Positions 23,961-36,450 of a stretch of DNA of 63,884 nt are shown one piece after another. A model generated the notes under the pieces. The model saw only the letters and a program-made list of their open reading frames with translations. It did not search any database and was not told the origin of the DNA. This DNA is from Gracilinanus agilis (lineage: Eukaryota): the NCBI RefSeq assembly GCF_016433145.1, contig NC_058130.1:95970622-96034505 (forward strand). Reading direction: 5' to 3'. A program made the translations under genes and the position numbers. Position 1 is the stretch's first letter. Every line of letters starts with the position of its first letter.

Positions 23961-24074
23961 GTAGATGAACAACCCCAAAAAGGGTAGAGTAAGCAAATTC
24001 TCATTCCAGAGGAGCTAATCCTCCCCCTATAATCCCCACACAATGGCCACTATTAGGTTTTCCAAATTTGTTGG

Positions 24075-24242
24075 NNNNNNNNNNNNNNNNNNNNNNNNNN
24101 NNNNNNNNNNNNNNNNNNNNNNNNNNNNNNNNNNNNNNNNNNNNNNNNNNNNNNNNNNNNNNNNNNNNNNNNNNNNNNNNNNNNNNNNNNNNNNNNNNNN
24201 NNNNNNNNNNNNNNNNNNNNNNNNNNNNNNNNNNNNNNNNNN
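24075..24242. other. Assembly gap (N run)
   Basis: Run of N. Confidence 1.
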
Positions 24243-24935
24243 AGACTTTAGCCAAGATTTTGACAAAGTCTTTTATGCTATTCTTATGGACAAGATGGAA
24301 AGGCGTGTGCTTGATAATAATACAGTTCAATGGATTCAGTCCTGATTAGATGACTGGTAGTAGTCATTAATGATTAGATGACAACTTAAAAGGAGATTTC
24401 TCTTTTTTTTAAACCCTTACCTTCTGTCTTGGAGTCAATACTGTGTATTGGCTCCTAGGTAGAAGAGTAGAAAGGGTAGGCAATGGGGGTCAAGTGACTT
24501 GCTCAGGGTCACACAGCTGGGAAGTGTCTGAAGCCAGATTTGAACCTAGGACCTCCCGTCTGTAGGCCTGACTCTCAATCCACTGAGCTACCCAGCTGCC
24601 CCCTTTAAAAGGAGATTTCTAATGGCATATCCCAGGGATCTGTATTCACATTCATACTGTTCAACATTTTTATGTGATTTGGAGAAAGACCATTAAAAAT
24701 TCTGAAAATGACTGACAATGCTGAGAAGGGTGGATGAAAGAAACAGATTTCAAAAGGATCTTGTCACACTGGGTCAGATTTCATAAGATGTAATTTTATA
24801 GTGATAAATGTAAAGTCTTACAAATGGATTAAAAAAACATCAACTTCATAAGATAAGATAAAGCATGGCTAGATAACAATTAATCTGAAAAATGTTTGTT
24901 TTTTTTTAATGAACTGCAAGTTCAATATTGGGGAG
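24243..24935 (+). mobile_element. CR1/L3 LINE RT fragment, interrupted by a SINE
   Basis: Translates to DFSQDFDKVFYAILMDKMERRVLDNNTVQWIQ (the CR1 DFSKAFD motif), and after the SINE continues ggcatatcccagggatctgta...ctgttcaacattttt (GxPQGSVL...LFNIF) and ataaatgtaaagtctta. Confidence 0.8.
24402..24604 (-). mobile_element. Opossum SINE-1 with 16-bp TSD
   Basis: TSD ttaaaaggagatttct at 24386-24401 and 24605-24620. Confidence 0.9.
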
Positions 24936-25147
24936 GCAGGGGGCAGCTGGGTAGCTCAGTAGATTGAGAGCCAGGCCTAGAGACGGGAGGTCCTAGGTTC
25001 AAATTTGACCTCATATACCTCCCAGCTGTGTGACCCTGGGAAAGTCACTTGACCCTCATTGCCTATCCTTACCACTCTTCTGCCTTGAAGCCAATGCACA
25101 GTATTGACTCCAAGACAGAAGGTAAGGGTTTTAAAAAATAAAAAATA
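24936..25147 (+). mobile_element. Opossum SINE-1 with 12-bp TSD
   Basis: TSD aatattggggag at 24924-24935 and 25148-25159. Confidence 0.9.
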
Positions 25148-25602
25148 AATATTGGGGAGTCATTATAGCACAGAAGATTTAGATCTAATAGGATCATAGA
25201 TTCAGATCTTTGAGGCCATTAAATCCAGTCCTTTCATTCTATCGATGAGGAAATCTATACCTCAGTACAGAGAAGTTACTAACTTGCCCAGGGTCACACA
25301 GATAGGAAGTATCAAAAGGAGGATTCAAATATAGGGTTTCCTGACTCCTAGTGCAGTGCCCTATCAATGCTGCTTCTAAGTCAGAGAATTAAGGTTCATA
25401 TCCTGGCTTTGCCACTTAACACATTTAACAAATCACTGTCTTTGGCCCTCAGTTTCATCATCTGTAAAATGAAGAATTTGTATTAGATCACTTCTGAGAA
25501 GTCATCTAGCTCTAAATCTCTGTTCCCATGGACACCATATTGCCCTCCCCCCAAAAAATTTTACTATAATCTTAAGCTTCATTAAAAGAGATTGTAGTCC
25601 TA

Positions 25603-25835
25603 ACATCCTTTTGTTGTCATATCCACCTCTTTGTGACCCATTTGGGATTTTCTTGGCAAAGATACTGGAGTAGTTTATTATTTCCTTTTCCAACTCTTTT
25701 TATAGATGAGAAAACTGAGGTAAAAAGGGCTAAGTGATTTGCCCAGTGCTATTCTAGTATCTGAGGCTGTATTTGAACTCAGATCTTTCTGATTCCAGGA
25801 CCAGCACTATGTTCACTGAGTCACCTAACTGCTCT
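25603..25835 (-). mobile_element. MAR1-type SINE
   Basis: ctttgtgacccatttgggattttcttggcaaagatactggagtag plus CORE. Confidence 0.8.
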
Positions 25836-26359
25836 TCTTAGCAATCAGAGTTATATGAAAGTAAAATGATCAATCTTACATTCCCTCACATTGGAAGTCT
25901 TCAAGTCATGGCCAAATGTTGCTTGTGGTGAGGAAATGCTATTTTTGGGAATTCCATTCAGGTATGGCCTAGACCAGATAGCTATAGAAATCACATTTGA
26001 CTTCCAAATTCTGTGATATTATTCTTTCTATAAGATCAGCACTTTCTTCATGTAAATGAGAGACAATATTTATTATCTCCTTGTGTATATTAGGAGAAAC
26101 ATCACAACATAGCAGATTACAGCAAATCCTTGGAATCAAGAAAACCAAGATTTAAGTCCTGACTAATGCAGAACAGCTCTGCAAAACACTTACTTTCTCA
26201 GTGTCCCCAGAAAATGATCTCAATCAGGAGTCAATGGACTTGTTTTCTAAATATTTTGATAACTATATTTCAGCATAACTGGTTTCCTTTGTAATCCTAT
26301 ATATTTTATTTTGTGTGTTTAACATGATTTGGAGAGATTGGATTCATGATGCAAAAATG

Positions 26360-27170
26360 GCTATGGTCTAACTAGTACATTGTTGGTGGAGTTGCAAACT
26401 GATCTAACTGTCTAACTGTATTGGAGAACAACTTGGAGCTATGCCCAAAGGGCTATAAAACCGTGCATACCTTTTGATCCTAGAATACCATTACTGGGTC
26501 TATATATCAAAAAGATCATAAAAAGGGGGAAAGGACCTATTTGTATGAAAATATTTATAGCAGTACTTTTTGTGTTGACAAAGAATTGGAAATTGTCTAT
26601 CAATTGGAGAATGGCTGAACAAACTGTGGTATACGTTGGTGATGAAATAACTATTGTGCTATAAGAAATGACGAGCAAGATATTTCAGAAAAACCTGGAA
26701 AGATCTACACAAACTGATACAGAATGAAATAAGTCGAACCGGGAGAACATTCTATACAGTAACAGCAATACTGTATGTTGACCAACTGTGAAAGACGTAG
26801 CTACTCTCAGCAAAACAAGGATTAAGACAATTCTGAAGGACTAATGACAAAGAATGCTAACCAACTCCGGAGAAAGAACTGTTGGAGTCAATTGCAGATC
26901 AAAGCATACATTTCCCACATTCACTTATTTATGGTCTTATTTTGAGGGGTTTGGTTTTATGAGTATTATTTTATAACAATGACTAATATGGAAGTATGTT
27001 TTGCTTGATAATACATGTATAACCCAGATGGAATTGCTTATCATCTCTGAGAGAGGGAACGGAAGGGTGGGAGGAAGACAATTTGAATCTAATCATTTTG
27101 GAAAACGTTATGTGGAAAATTATCATTGCACACAATTGAGAAAATAAAATATCTTTGAATAAAAACAACA
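26360..27170 (+). mobile_element. L1 3' end (ORF2 C-terminus and 3'UTR)
   Basis: ggagctatgcccaaagggctataaaaccgtgcataccttttgatcctagaataccattactgggtct (..FDPRIPLLGL..), then the L1 3'UTR and an aataaaaacaac tail. Confidence 0.85.
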
Positions 27171-28084
27171 ACAAGAAAACCTTAAGGCTTTATAAGATAA
27201 ATGACTCACCATTCTGCATCTGTAGAGGTACATGGAGAGTTTTTTACATCAATAAAGTGTTTACTAATCATCGTCAATAACAGTAACAAAATTGAAGGAT
27301 AAAAAGCAACACGCCTTTTCCCAAACCAATTTGGTCTCAGATCATGTGTGGGTTTGAAATATATTGACAAGGCACAAAAATGAAGAGCTTCACTGGAATC
27401 AAGACCTCTTGGAAGGGGGGCAGAATGGTAGCCAAGGATAGTTTAAAACCCCAGAGAACAAGTATTTGCTTAAGCAGCATCTGATGCATTCTCCAGTTTT
27501 GTGACCCCAAGCATCAGGGTCTTACAGACAAGAAGTGCTGAATAAATAATATTTAAATCGCATTCCCTAAATTCTAAGTGATGAGCAGCAAAGGACAGGA
27601 ACTGGAGGCAGCCCTTGCTACTTACTAGCCTGATAAATACAAACAAGTTATTTTGTCTCTGGTACATGGATTCCTCCCCTGTAAAGCAGGGATAACTTTC
27701 ACTAATTCCCTCGTAAAGCCATCATGCAGTGCCAGAGAGATGAGATGATTGTTATCCACTAAAATAAAGCATCCCAGCAAGTTGATTTGCTGGGTTTCCT
27801 CCCTGCCTCCTGGAGATGCAGGAAATACTGAGGTGATGAGGGGCCGAGGCAGAGCAGTGAGAGTGAAGAAGGAGAAACGGAGGCTGGAGATACTGACTGC
27901 CAAAGCAGAGTCACTGAGACTTGACAAGTCATTGGATGGAGGGGGCAAATCAAAGATGACTCTAAGGAGGAAGCCTGAACTTTCCCATGGGTGGCAGAGG
28001 ATGGGAAGGCAGTGGAAAGAGAGATGGAAGATGAGAAAGAAAGAGGGAATGGTAGGGAGGAAATGCAAGATGACGAGATTAAAG

Positions 28085-28293
28085 GGGCAGCTGGGTAGCT
28101 CAGTGGATTGAGAGCCAGGCCCAGAGATGGGAGGTCCTGGATTCAAATCTGGCCTCAGACACTTCCTAGCTGGGTGACCCTGGGCAAGTCACTTAACCCC
28201 TATTGCCTAGCCCTTGCCACTCTTCTGCCTTAGAACCAATACACAGTATTGATTCTAAGATGGAACGTAAGGATATAAAAAACGAAAAAAAAA
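28085..28293 (+). mobile_element. Opossum SINE-1 inside an L2 fragment
   Basis: TSD aagatgacgagattaaag at 28067 and aagatgatgagattaaag at 28294, differing by one CpG transition. Confidence 0.9.
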
Positions 28294-28449
28294 AAGATGA
28301 TGAGATTAAAGATACAAATCAAAGGATTAGTTTTAATCAGGAGGAGGATCAATTTATACTTTAGTTCTCCAGGAATCCCAATCCTCCATAACCTTCCTTG
28401 GGTTGATTATCTCTCCTTTAACTTCTCTACATCTCCTCTGTACATAGTT

Positions 28450-28655
28450 TTGTTTTGTTTTTTAAAACCCTTACCTTCTGTCTTAGAATCAATACTGTGT
28501 ATTGGTTCCAAGGCAGAAGAGTGGTTAGGGTAGGCAATGGGGGTCAAGTGACTTGTCCAGAGTCACACAGCTGGGAAGTATCTGAGACCAGATTTGACCG
28601 GAGAACTTCCTGTTTCTAGACCTGGCTCTCAATCCAGTGAGTCAGCCAGCTGCCT
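28450..28655 (-). mobile_element. Opossum SINE-1
   Basis: tttaaaacccttaccttctgtcttagaatcaatactg...gagtcagccagctgcc. Confidence 0.85.
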
Positions 28656-29686
28656 CAGGTCCAGCATTCTTTACACTATAGCACTCTGCTTTTTTTTGTG
28701 GCAGTGGAAGGATGAAAAGGAGAAGCATCATGAGGAAAGAACTGATTGGACTTGATGCCTGGTTATGGATTAGTCTGTATAATCTGGGTTAGGGTTGATT
28801 CTGTGACCAGGGTCAGAGTACTTTAGATTTAGAAATGAGCAGAATCTTGGAGATTTTCTAGCTCAGTGCCCTTGTCTCGCCTTCCCTCCACTGGGACCCT
28901 CCTCCCCCTCTCCTCAAACACACGAACATACACATATTGTTTTTGCACACACAGAGGCTAAAGCCCAGGTAAAGCGACTTCCCAAAAGTTATGTAGGTAG
29001 GAAGCAGCAGAAGGGGAAAAGAATTTGGCCAGTGAGCAGGTTTCACGTTTGAGCCAGTGAAAATTAAGGTCAGTCTTGGCTTGTGGTCAGAGTTTAGAAC
29101 ATGACTGGGGAACAGAATTTTTCTCTACACACAAAAAATGGACTTATCCACGCATTGAACTTACAACCCTGACCGATTTGGTCACTGGGCCCAGGCAAGG
29201 CTAACGTGAAGCCCCGGACCAATACGGTCAGGCCACCACCACTTAGGACCAGCCAGCGTTCATCAACAACCTGGGCCCACATGTTATTCTTTGAAATGTA
29301 ATAACTCTGAAAACATTGTCTAAAATGCCCCTGACCTGGCGCTGCAGAGGTCAGGCCCCATTCTGGAACAGCCTTTGGAAACACAGACGCACCCGTTACA
29401 ACTCTTTTGGCTGCCCCCTTTCCTTTCTTGGATGCACAAAGCTAATCTTTCATTTGGGGACTCTGCCTATCCCTTTGTCTGTCAGAACCCTTCCCTTCCT
29501 TTCATCTGTCACCCCAGGGGTGGTCTGGACAAGGAGTTTTCTTTGGAAAAAGCATCAAAAAATGGCCATGTAAATGACATTTGGCCACATTCTATTCCTA
29601 TTGAGTATTTAAGAGGAACTTAATTTGGAAGGGCCAATAACAATAAAGGCATCAGCAAGCAAAGGCTGCAGAACAGATTAGTGGCT

Positions 29687-29687
<1 letters not shown>

Positions 29688-29736
<49 letters not shown>

Positions 29737-29742
29737 GAGAGA
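29688..29742. repeat. (CA)n(GA)n compound microsatellite
   Basis: Direct reading of the sequence. Confidence 0.95.
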
Positions 29743-29829
29743 GAGTCAGTCTCCCTTGAAGTGGTCAAGGATTTCTTAATGCAAGCTGTGATGTAATTCC
29801 AGACAGCTAAGCTTCCCTCCCCACCCAAA

Positions 29830-30625
29830 ATCCAACTCTCAGGCTTCACTTATCACCTCTAGGAAGAAGGCTACCAAATCTCTGTCCACAGTACTAATCA
29901 CTTCCCTGAGCTCCAGTACAAATGTACTCTCCATCTGCCTGCTGGACATCTCACCCCGCTGTCTGATCTCACCACTTCTTCCTCCAAACCTCTTTCTCTT
30001 CTCAACTTCTTTCCTTGGTTGATGCTCCTTTATCTCCCTCATCCCAAGCATTTAATCAGTCATCAAATGTCAGTAGCCTTCTTCTGTTTGCAGTTCCTGT
30101 GGCCAAAATAAATTCTTCATTCAAGAATTTGTCAACCATGGTCTGCACTATCACAATAGCCTCATTGTAGGTCTCTTTTCCCTTCAATTCATCTTCCACA
30201 TCATTGCTAGATTAATTTTCTTAATATAAAGATCTGATCACACCCTCTCCTGCTCAAAAGCTTTCATTGGCTCCCAATTGCCTACCATATATCCTTAGCT
30301 TAACATTCCAAGCCCTCCACAATCTACCTACAACCTACCTCTCTAGATTTATTTCATGCCATTTACCTTCATGTATTCTGCACTCTAATCGAATTGGACT
30401 TACTGCCTCCCAATATTTCACATTCCTGCTTCCTTGCTTTTGATCATGCCATTCCTTAAACCAGGAGTGCCCCCTGACCCAAGTCTCTATTTGTTGATGG
30501 CCTACTCCATTAGATGATGGGCTCCTTTGAGAGCAGAGACCATTTCAGCCTTTCTTTATATGCTCAGCTCTTAGCATAGGGCCTGACCTGTTGTAGGCAT
30601 TTAACAAAAGCTAGTTAACTAATTG
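29830..30625 (+). mobile_element. L2 3' fragment
   Basis: tccatctgcctgctggacatctcacc...; ends cttagcatagggcctgacctgttgtaggcatttaac. Confidence 0.7.
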
Positions 30626-32379
30626 GCTTTGCCATCAAGATGCCTAACAAATGCCACCTTTACCATGAACTCTTCCACAATCTCATTCAGCAAGAATTGC
30701 TCCGGATCTGATCTAATTCACAGCACTTTGCATGTCTTTTGTACTTGTAATATTCTGATTTGCATTATGTTTATCTGTATCCAAAGCAAATCATCTCAAC
30801 TATATCAGGTCCTTGAGGACAAGGCCCATGTCTTAATTATCTCTGGCAAGTCCAGTGTAACTCCTAGTAGTCGGGATTTCAGGGATCAGTCTCTCTCTGC
30901 CCAGCTACACTTACTTGTCCTTGAATTAAGACATGCCATCTTATGCCCAGCTTATACTCAAAGCCCTTGCATCTTGGTAAGATCTGTCAAAACTTGCCTC
31001 CTCATGGCATTGCCCTCATGACACTACAGCGATAAGGTCCTGGCTTCTGGTTGGTTTGCTTGCTTGCTTGCTTGTTTTTGGAGGGGTCGGGGGTTCTGGT
31101 CTAACTTTATTGGACATAAAGAGCTTGAGAACTAGGTGAAGCTACAATGGCGGAGGAAGGGGGCTAGAGAAGTAGTAAATGGGACCAACTCTTAAGAGAA
31201 TAAGGGTGCCAATCAGAACAAATCTCACCCTTCTTGACCTATCCTAGATCTCTTCTCATAGCACTTGCTGATAAAGTTTCTCTTCCTCAGACAAAACAAA
31301 ACAAAATCTAATGGATTATTCCTTGGTGTAGTTTCGAGCTCCCTCGCCATTCTGGTTAGCCAGAGAAGGAAATGGCAGATTGCTCCAGTATCTTTGCTAA
31401 GAAAACCATAAATGGGGTCATGAAGAATCAGATATGACTGAAAAAAATGACTAATAAACACCATTCTGGTTGGTCTCCTCTGGTCATGCCCCAGACTGCT
31501 AATATTCTTCCACACCTAGAACTGGAGACAGTTTTTCAGATGTGGTCTGACAAAGGCAAAATATAGATAATTACTACCCATTAGGGATGTGATGGGAAAT
31601 GTTTAACAACTGGCTAGCCAGAAAAAAATATATACACAAGAAACTTTTCAGATTAATTTGTATTATTAACATTTTCTCCTATACTTTAAATCCAGACAAT
31701 CAACAAACAATAAATTATGCCCTAATTTGTAGCCTTTGCCTTTGTAAATGCTCAGACTGAAAATTTAACAATCAATTCTCAAGATAGTAGGAGTCACTTC
31801 TTATTCTGGATGATATTATACTTCCATTAATGCAAGCTAAGAAAACAAAAGCCTTTCCCCCCCCACCCCTTGCTACCTCCTCAAATGTTGGCTCAATCTG
31901 GGGTGAGGAAAAAGGCACTATTTACATGGGCTCTTGGAAAATGAAGCTGCCTGTCTCAGGAGACAGCTCAGTGTCCAAGCTGAATGACTTGTCAAAGATA
32001 GTTTAGAGAAAAATCCCGCACTAGGTAGGAAGTAACAACAAAATTACATAGAAGTCCTTTGAGATTCTGAAAGTCCATGATTCTGTGATGTAGCCACTAC
32101 ACTCGAATGCCAAAGCCTGTTGACAATGACAAAGAGGAGTCTTTTTGACAGGGTCTAGAAAGAGAAATCAAGGATATGGAAATTTAAAAAAAAAAACAGA
32201 AACAGAAACAAGACAAGCCCATAATTAAAAGAAAGAAAAAGACTAGAAGAGCAAAAGCCAAAGAGCAAAGGATACTGGATATTAGAAAGTCCAGGGGAGA
32301 ATGGGACACATGGGGAAAGAAATAGATGTTGGATAAAAAACAGGAAGAGAGAGAAAATTAGAAGATTAATGCAACAGTC

Positions 32380-32661
32380 TCTAAGTTGGCCTCCCTGCCT
32401 CCAGTCTCTCTCCACTGTAATCCATCCTGATCATACTGCCAGATTAATCTTTCTAAAACATTATTTTAGTCATGTCATGTCGCTGGCTCAAGAATTCCTA
32501 ATGGCTCCCTACTGGCTACCACATCAAGCCAAACTGTCTGAGCCTGGCTTTCAGGGGCCTCTACAATCTGACTCCACCCTACCTATTCAATTTTATTTCC
32601 TACTACTCCCCAAAATGTATCCTCTGCTCCAGCCTCAAAATTCTTCCCCTTTTCACACAAA

Positions 32662-32748
<87 letters not shown>

Positions 32749-32830
32749 CCATTCCCACTTTGTAGCTTGCATCCATGCTTTCTACCTCTCCTTGGAAAGC
32801 CTCTCTTCTTCTTTAGAGTCCATCTAGAAA
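32380..32830 (+). mobile_element. L2 fragment containing a long (CT)n (32664-32743)
   Basis: ctccctgcctccagtctctctccac...ttcctaatggctccctactggctacc; the (CT)n is read directly. Confidence 0.7.
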
Positions 32831-33399
32831 GCACAAAGGAGAGGTGTGAAAGTAGGACTGAAATAGGTAAGGGGATGGTGAGGATGGAGGATGGAGTTTG
32901 ACGTTGGTAACCATAGAGACAATCGAATGGAACTAGAGTACACTCTCCTTTGAGCCTCTAGAGATCAGGCGATCTACCAGTGCTTGGAAAGAGTTTCCTT
33001 GAAGAAGGTACAAGATTCAAGAGTTCTAGGTCCTCCCTTGAGGTTCAGCTTCCTAGCAGTTGGTGATATTTTGTCCTGTGAGGTTCCAGGAGGCCCACTT
33101 CCCAATAGTTGGCAGAGGAATGGGAGACAAGATCAGGAAGACTCCTTTCTGCATGAGGTCCTTTTAAGTACTCCTAGCTGGTGCCTTCATCTCAGTAATT
33201 ATCCACTAATTACTTTGGATTTCTATAATGCATATTTATATATACTATATATCTAGTTATTTATATGTTGTCTCCTCCCCCCATCCTAGATTATGAGCTA
33301 CTTGAGGACAGAGACCCCACCTTTTTTTTGCCACTCTTTCTACCGATCACTTAGCACAGTGTTTGACACATAATAAATGCTTCAAAAATAGTTGTCAAG

Positions 33400-33595
33400 C
33401 GAGTAACTAGGTGATTCAATGGATAAAGAGCCAGGCCTAGAGATGGGAGGTACTGGGTTCAAATCTGACCTCAGACACTTCCTAGCTGGGTAACTCTGGG
33501 TAACCCTACTGCCTAGCTCTTGTTGTTCTTCTGCCTTGGAACCAATACATAGTATTGATTCTAAGACAGAAGGTAAAGGTTTAAAATAAATAAAT
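33400..33595 (+). mobile_element. Opossum SINE-1
   Basis: agagccaggcctagagatgggagg...gacagaaggtaaaggtttaaaataaataaat. Confidence 0.85.
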
Positions 33596-34619
33596 ACATG
33601 TCAACTAGCCAATTGCTAGTGACGTGATAGGCTCTGGGCTGATTACTAAGAATACAGAGACAAAAATAGTTTCTGTTCTTGAGGTACTCATAATTCTTGG
33701 GGAGAAGGGAGATGTAGATAGGATATAATAGATATATGCAGATAAATAAATACAAGACAGGAACTAAATCCATATAAAGTCATTTCAATCCCCCTTGCAT
33801 TAGTACCTCACCACCTGAAATGATTTATGAGCTCCTTGAGAGCAGGGAACTTTTTTTTGGCCATTCTTTCTATACCTCTCCCTTAGCACAGTGCTTAGCA
33901 TGAAGTATGTGTTTAATATCCTCAAGGAAATGCCAGCTAGAGCTGAGATTCGAAAGGAGGTAGGGGTGCCAAGACATTGAGAGGAGAGGGGAGAGCATTC
34001 CAGAACAGGAGGGATAAGCTGGACAAAGGCATGGAGTTGGGAGATGGAACCTCACACATAGGAAAAGGCAAGTAGATCAATTTGGCTCAAACATCCAGTG
34101 TGTGAGGGAGAGATTTAGGAAACTGTCTGTATCGTACAATCGTTAAGGAATCACTGAAGTTTGTTGAGGAAGATGCTGACTATGTTTTTATCATTTCAGT
34201 TTCTAAAAGGATACTCAGCTCTTCTTAGGCAAAGGCCCCTTGGACCTCAGTTTCTTCATCTATAAAATGAGAGATTGGACTAGATGGCCTCTAAGGTTTC
34301 CTTTAACTTGAAATCTCTGAGTCTAGTTGTGTTTACTTTTCTTTGAAGCTCCCCCAGGGAAGGAACTAGCACAGAGTTGTCTACAAAATAATTGTTCACT
34401 GTGTTTGATGAATGAATGAATGAATGAATGAATAAACTGTCATAGGAGGATACCCTCTCGGTTTCCTCCATCATTCTTCCACATTTATCCAAGATTCATG
34501 GTTATATTGGTGTGGGCACCTCCTCCCCTGACAGAGATGACAATCCTTTTCCATTTTATGAGGTGGCTTTCATGAGCTGCTGTCATCAAAATAATCCACC
34601 CAGGGGCTAGCCACCTTCT

Positions 34620-34820
34620 TTCTTTTTTTAAACCTTTATCTTCCATCTTGGAATCAATACTGAGCACTGGTTCCAAAGCAGAAGAATGTTAAGGGCCAGG
34701 CAATGGGGGTTAAGTGGCTTGCCCAGGATCACACAGCTAGGAAGTGTCTGAGACTAGATTTGAACCCTGGACCTCCCATCTTTGGGCCCGGCTCTCAGTC
34801 CACTGGGTCATTAGCTGCCC
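34620..34820 (-). mobile_element. Opossum SINE-1
   Basis: ttttaaacctttatcttccatcttggaatcaatactg...ttagctgccc. Confidence 0.85.
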
Positions 34821-35807
34821 TCTGGCTGGCCTTCTGATGGTGGCCATCTCCTTCGTTGGCCAGTCTGGTCCTTGCACAGCAGAGAACATGGTTCCTCAGT
34901 AGAGGCATATTTGAATCCTTTCCATCGTGGTAGGAGCTGGGGAGTGGGATGTGCTCTGCTGACACGGTGTTTAAGAGTCCAATGGGTCACCTCCATGAGA
35001 CATGGGAAGGTTCTAGTGTAGGATCAGAACCTTAGTGACATCATCATTCATAATAATAGCAGTACGTCTCTATTGCACTTTTAAGTTTACGTAGTACACG
35101 TACCCTGTAAGACAGGCAGCACAAATACAATTATTTCCCTTTCCAGGATGAGGAAACTAAGGCAAAGAGTGAGTAGTGGCACTTCTGGGGTCTACTCTCC
35201 TCGGATAATCCTCGCATCTCCTCCTCCTCTATCTCGTCTTCCAGGTCATCCGTGGTATCTACTGTCCATAGAAGACAGCTCGGGATTCAGGTTGTAAGAT
35301 TTCTAACTGGGAGAGACCTCAGAATTTGTGACCTTTCACTGAAAAATGAGAAAACGGAGGCCCAAGTAAAGAGAGTGTCTGCCTGTAGTCACACAGCAAG
35401 TGGCAAGACTTGGGCATGAACCAGAGCCTCCTGACTCAAAATCAGAGTTCTTTCTGCAAGGTGGATTTTATAAAACCTACACCCAAGCCATTAAAATTGA
35501 GCAATGCCTGGTCATCGTAGCATCCGAGAGTGTCACGGTGGAGGGCAGAAATGAGAGACCGTGTCGCCTTCTGCAGAGGGGCAGAGTTGGATCTTCTTCA
35601 GGCCTGGGCATCTCCCTTCAGGGGAAAGTTCATGGCATGATCTTTTCTTCAATCATTCCCCTCCCTCTTGGCCTTCCTCTTTCTGAATATTTAATCAACC
35701 GTACCCTATTACAACAACTAGGGGCAACATAACAATTCTCAGGTCTACACGGTCCCTTTCTCTGCTTTTTTATGACATGTATAGACGATGAAAAGTTTTT
35801 AATAGAA

Positions 35808-36005
35808 GAGCAGATAGATGGCTCAGTAGTTAGAGGATCAGGCCTCGAGATGGGAGATTCTGGGATTGAATCCAACTTCAAATACTTCCTAGCTGTGTGA
35901 CCCTGGGCAAGTCACTTAATCCCAATTGCTTAGCCCTTATCACTCTTCTGCCTTGGAACTGATAGTTATTATTCTAAAACAAAAGGTAAGTTTTTTTAAA
36001 AAAAT
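35808..36005 (+). mobile_element. Opossum SINE-1
   Basis: gagcagatagatggctcagtag...ccttatcactcttctgccttggaac...aaggtaagttttttt. Confidence 0.8.
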
Positions 36006-36199
36006 AATTATTAATATAATCACAATAGTTCAGTTAATTAGTTAATACAATAACAAGTTCATTGTTAGAAAAATTCCCAATACTTGAATAGAGGTTTGGC
36101 TCTCTGCACTCACTTAAAATTTGGGTATTTCCAGCTAATCCATGGATTCCTCCATTTCTACCTTTTTTTTTTCTTCTAGCACACAGGCTTATATTTACA

Positions 36200-36450
36200 G
36201 CAGGGGTAATTAGTGTAATGGATAGAGTACTAGGCTTGGAATCAGGAAGATTCATCTTTGTGAGTTCAAATCTATCCTCAGACCCTTACTAACTGTGTGA
36301 CCCTGAGCAAGTCCTTTAACACTGTTTGCCTCCATAAATAAGTTGGAGAAGAATATGGCAAACCTCTTTAGTATCAAGAAATCCCTAAAAAGGTTCATGG
36401 AAAGTTGGACACAACTGAAAAAAAACACACAAAAAAACACAAAACAACAG
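36200..36450 (+). mobile_element. MAR1-type SINE
   Basis: CORE plus gagaagaatatggcaaacctctttagtatc...ggaaagttggacacaactgaaaa. Confidence 0.75.

Noticed and set aside
32369-32834. 152-aa and 83-aa ORFs with SLSLSL / ERERER
   Set aside because: L2 sequence plus a (CT)n microsatellite.
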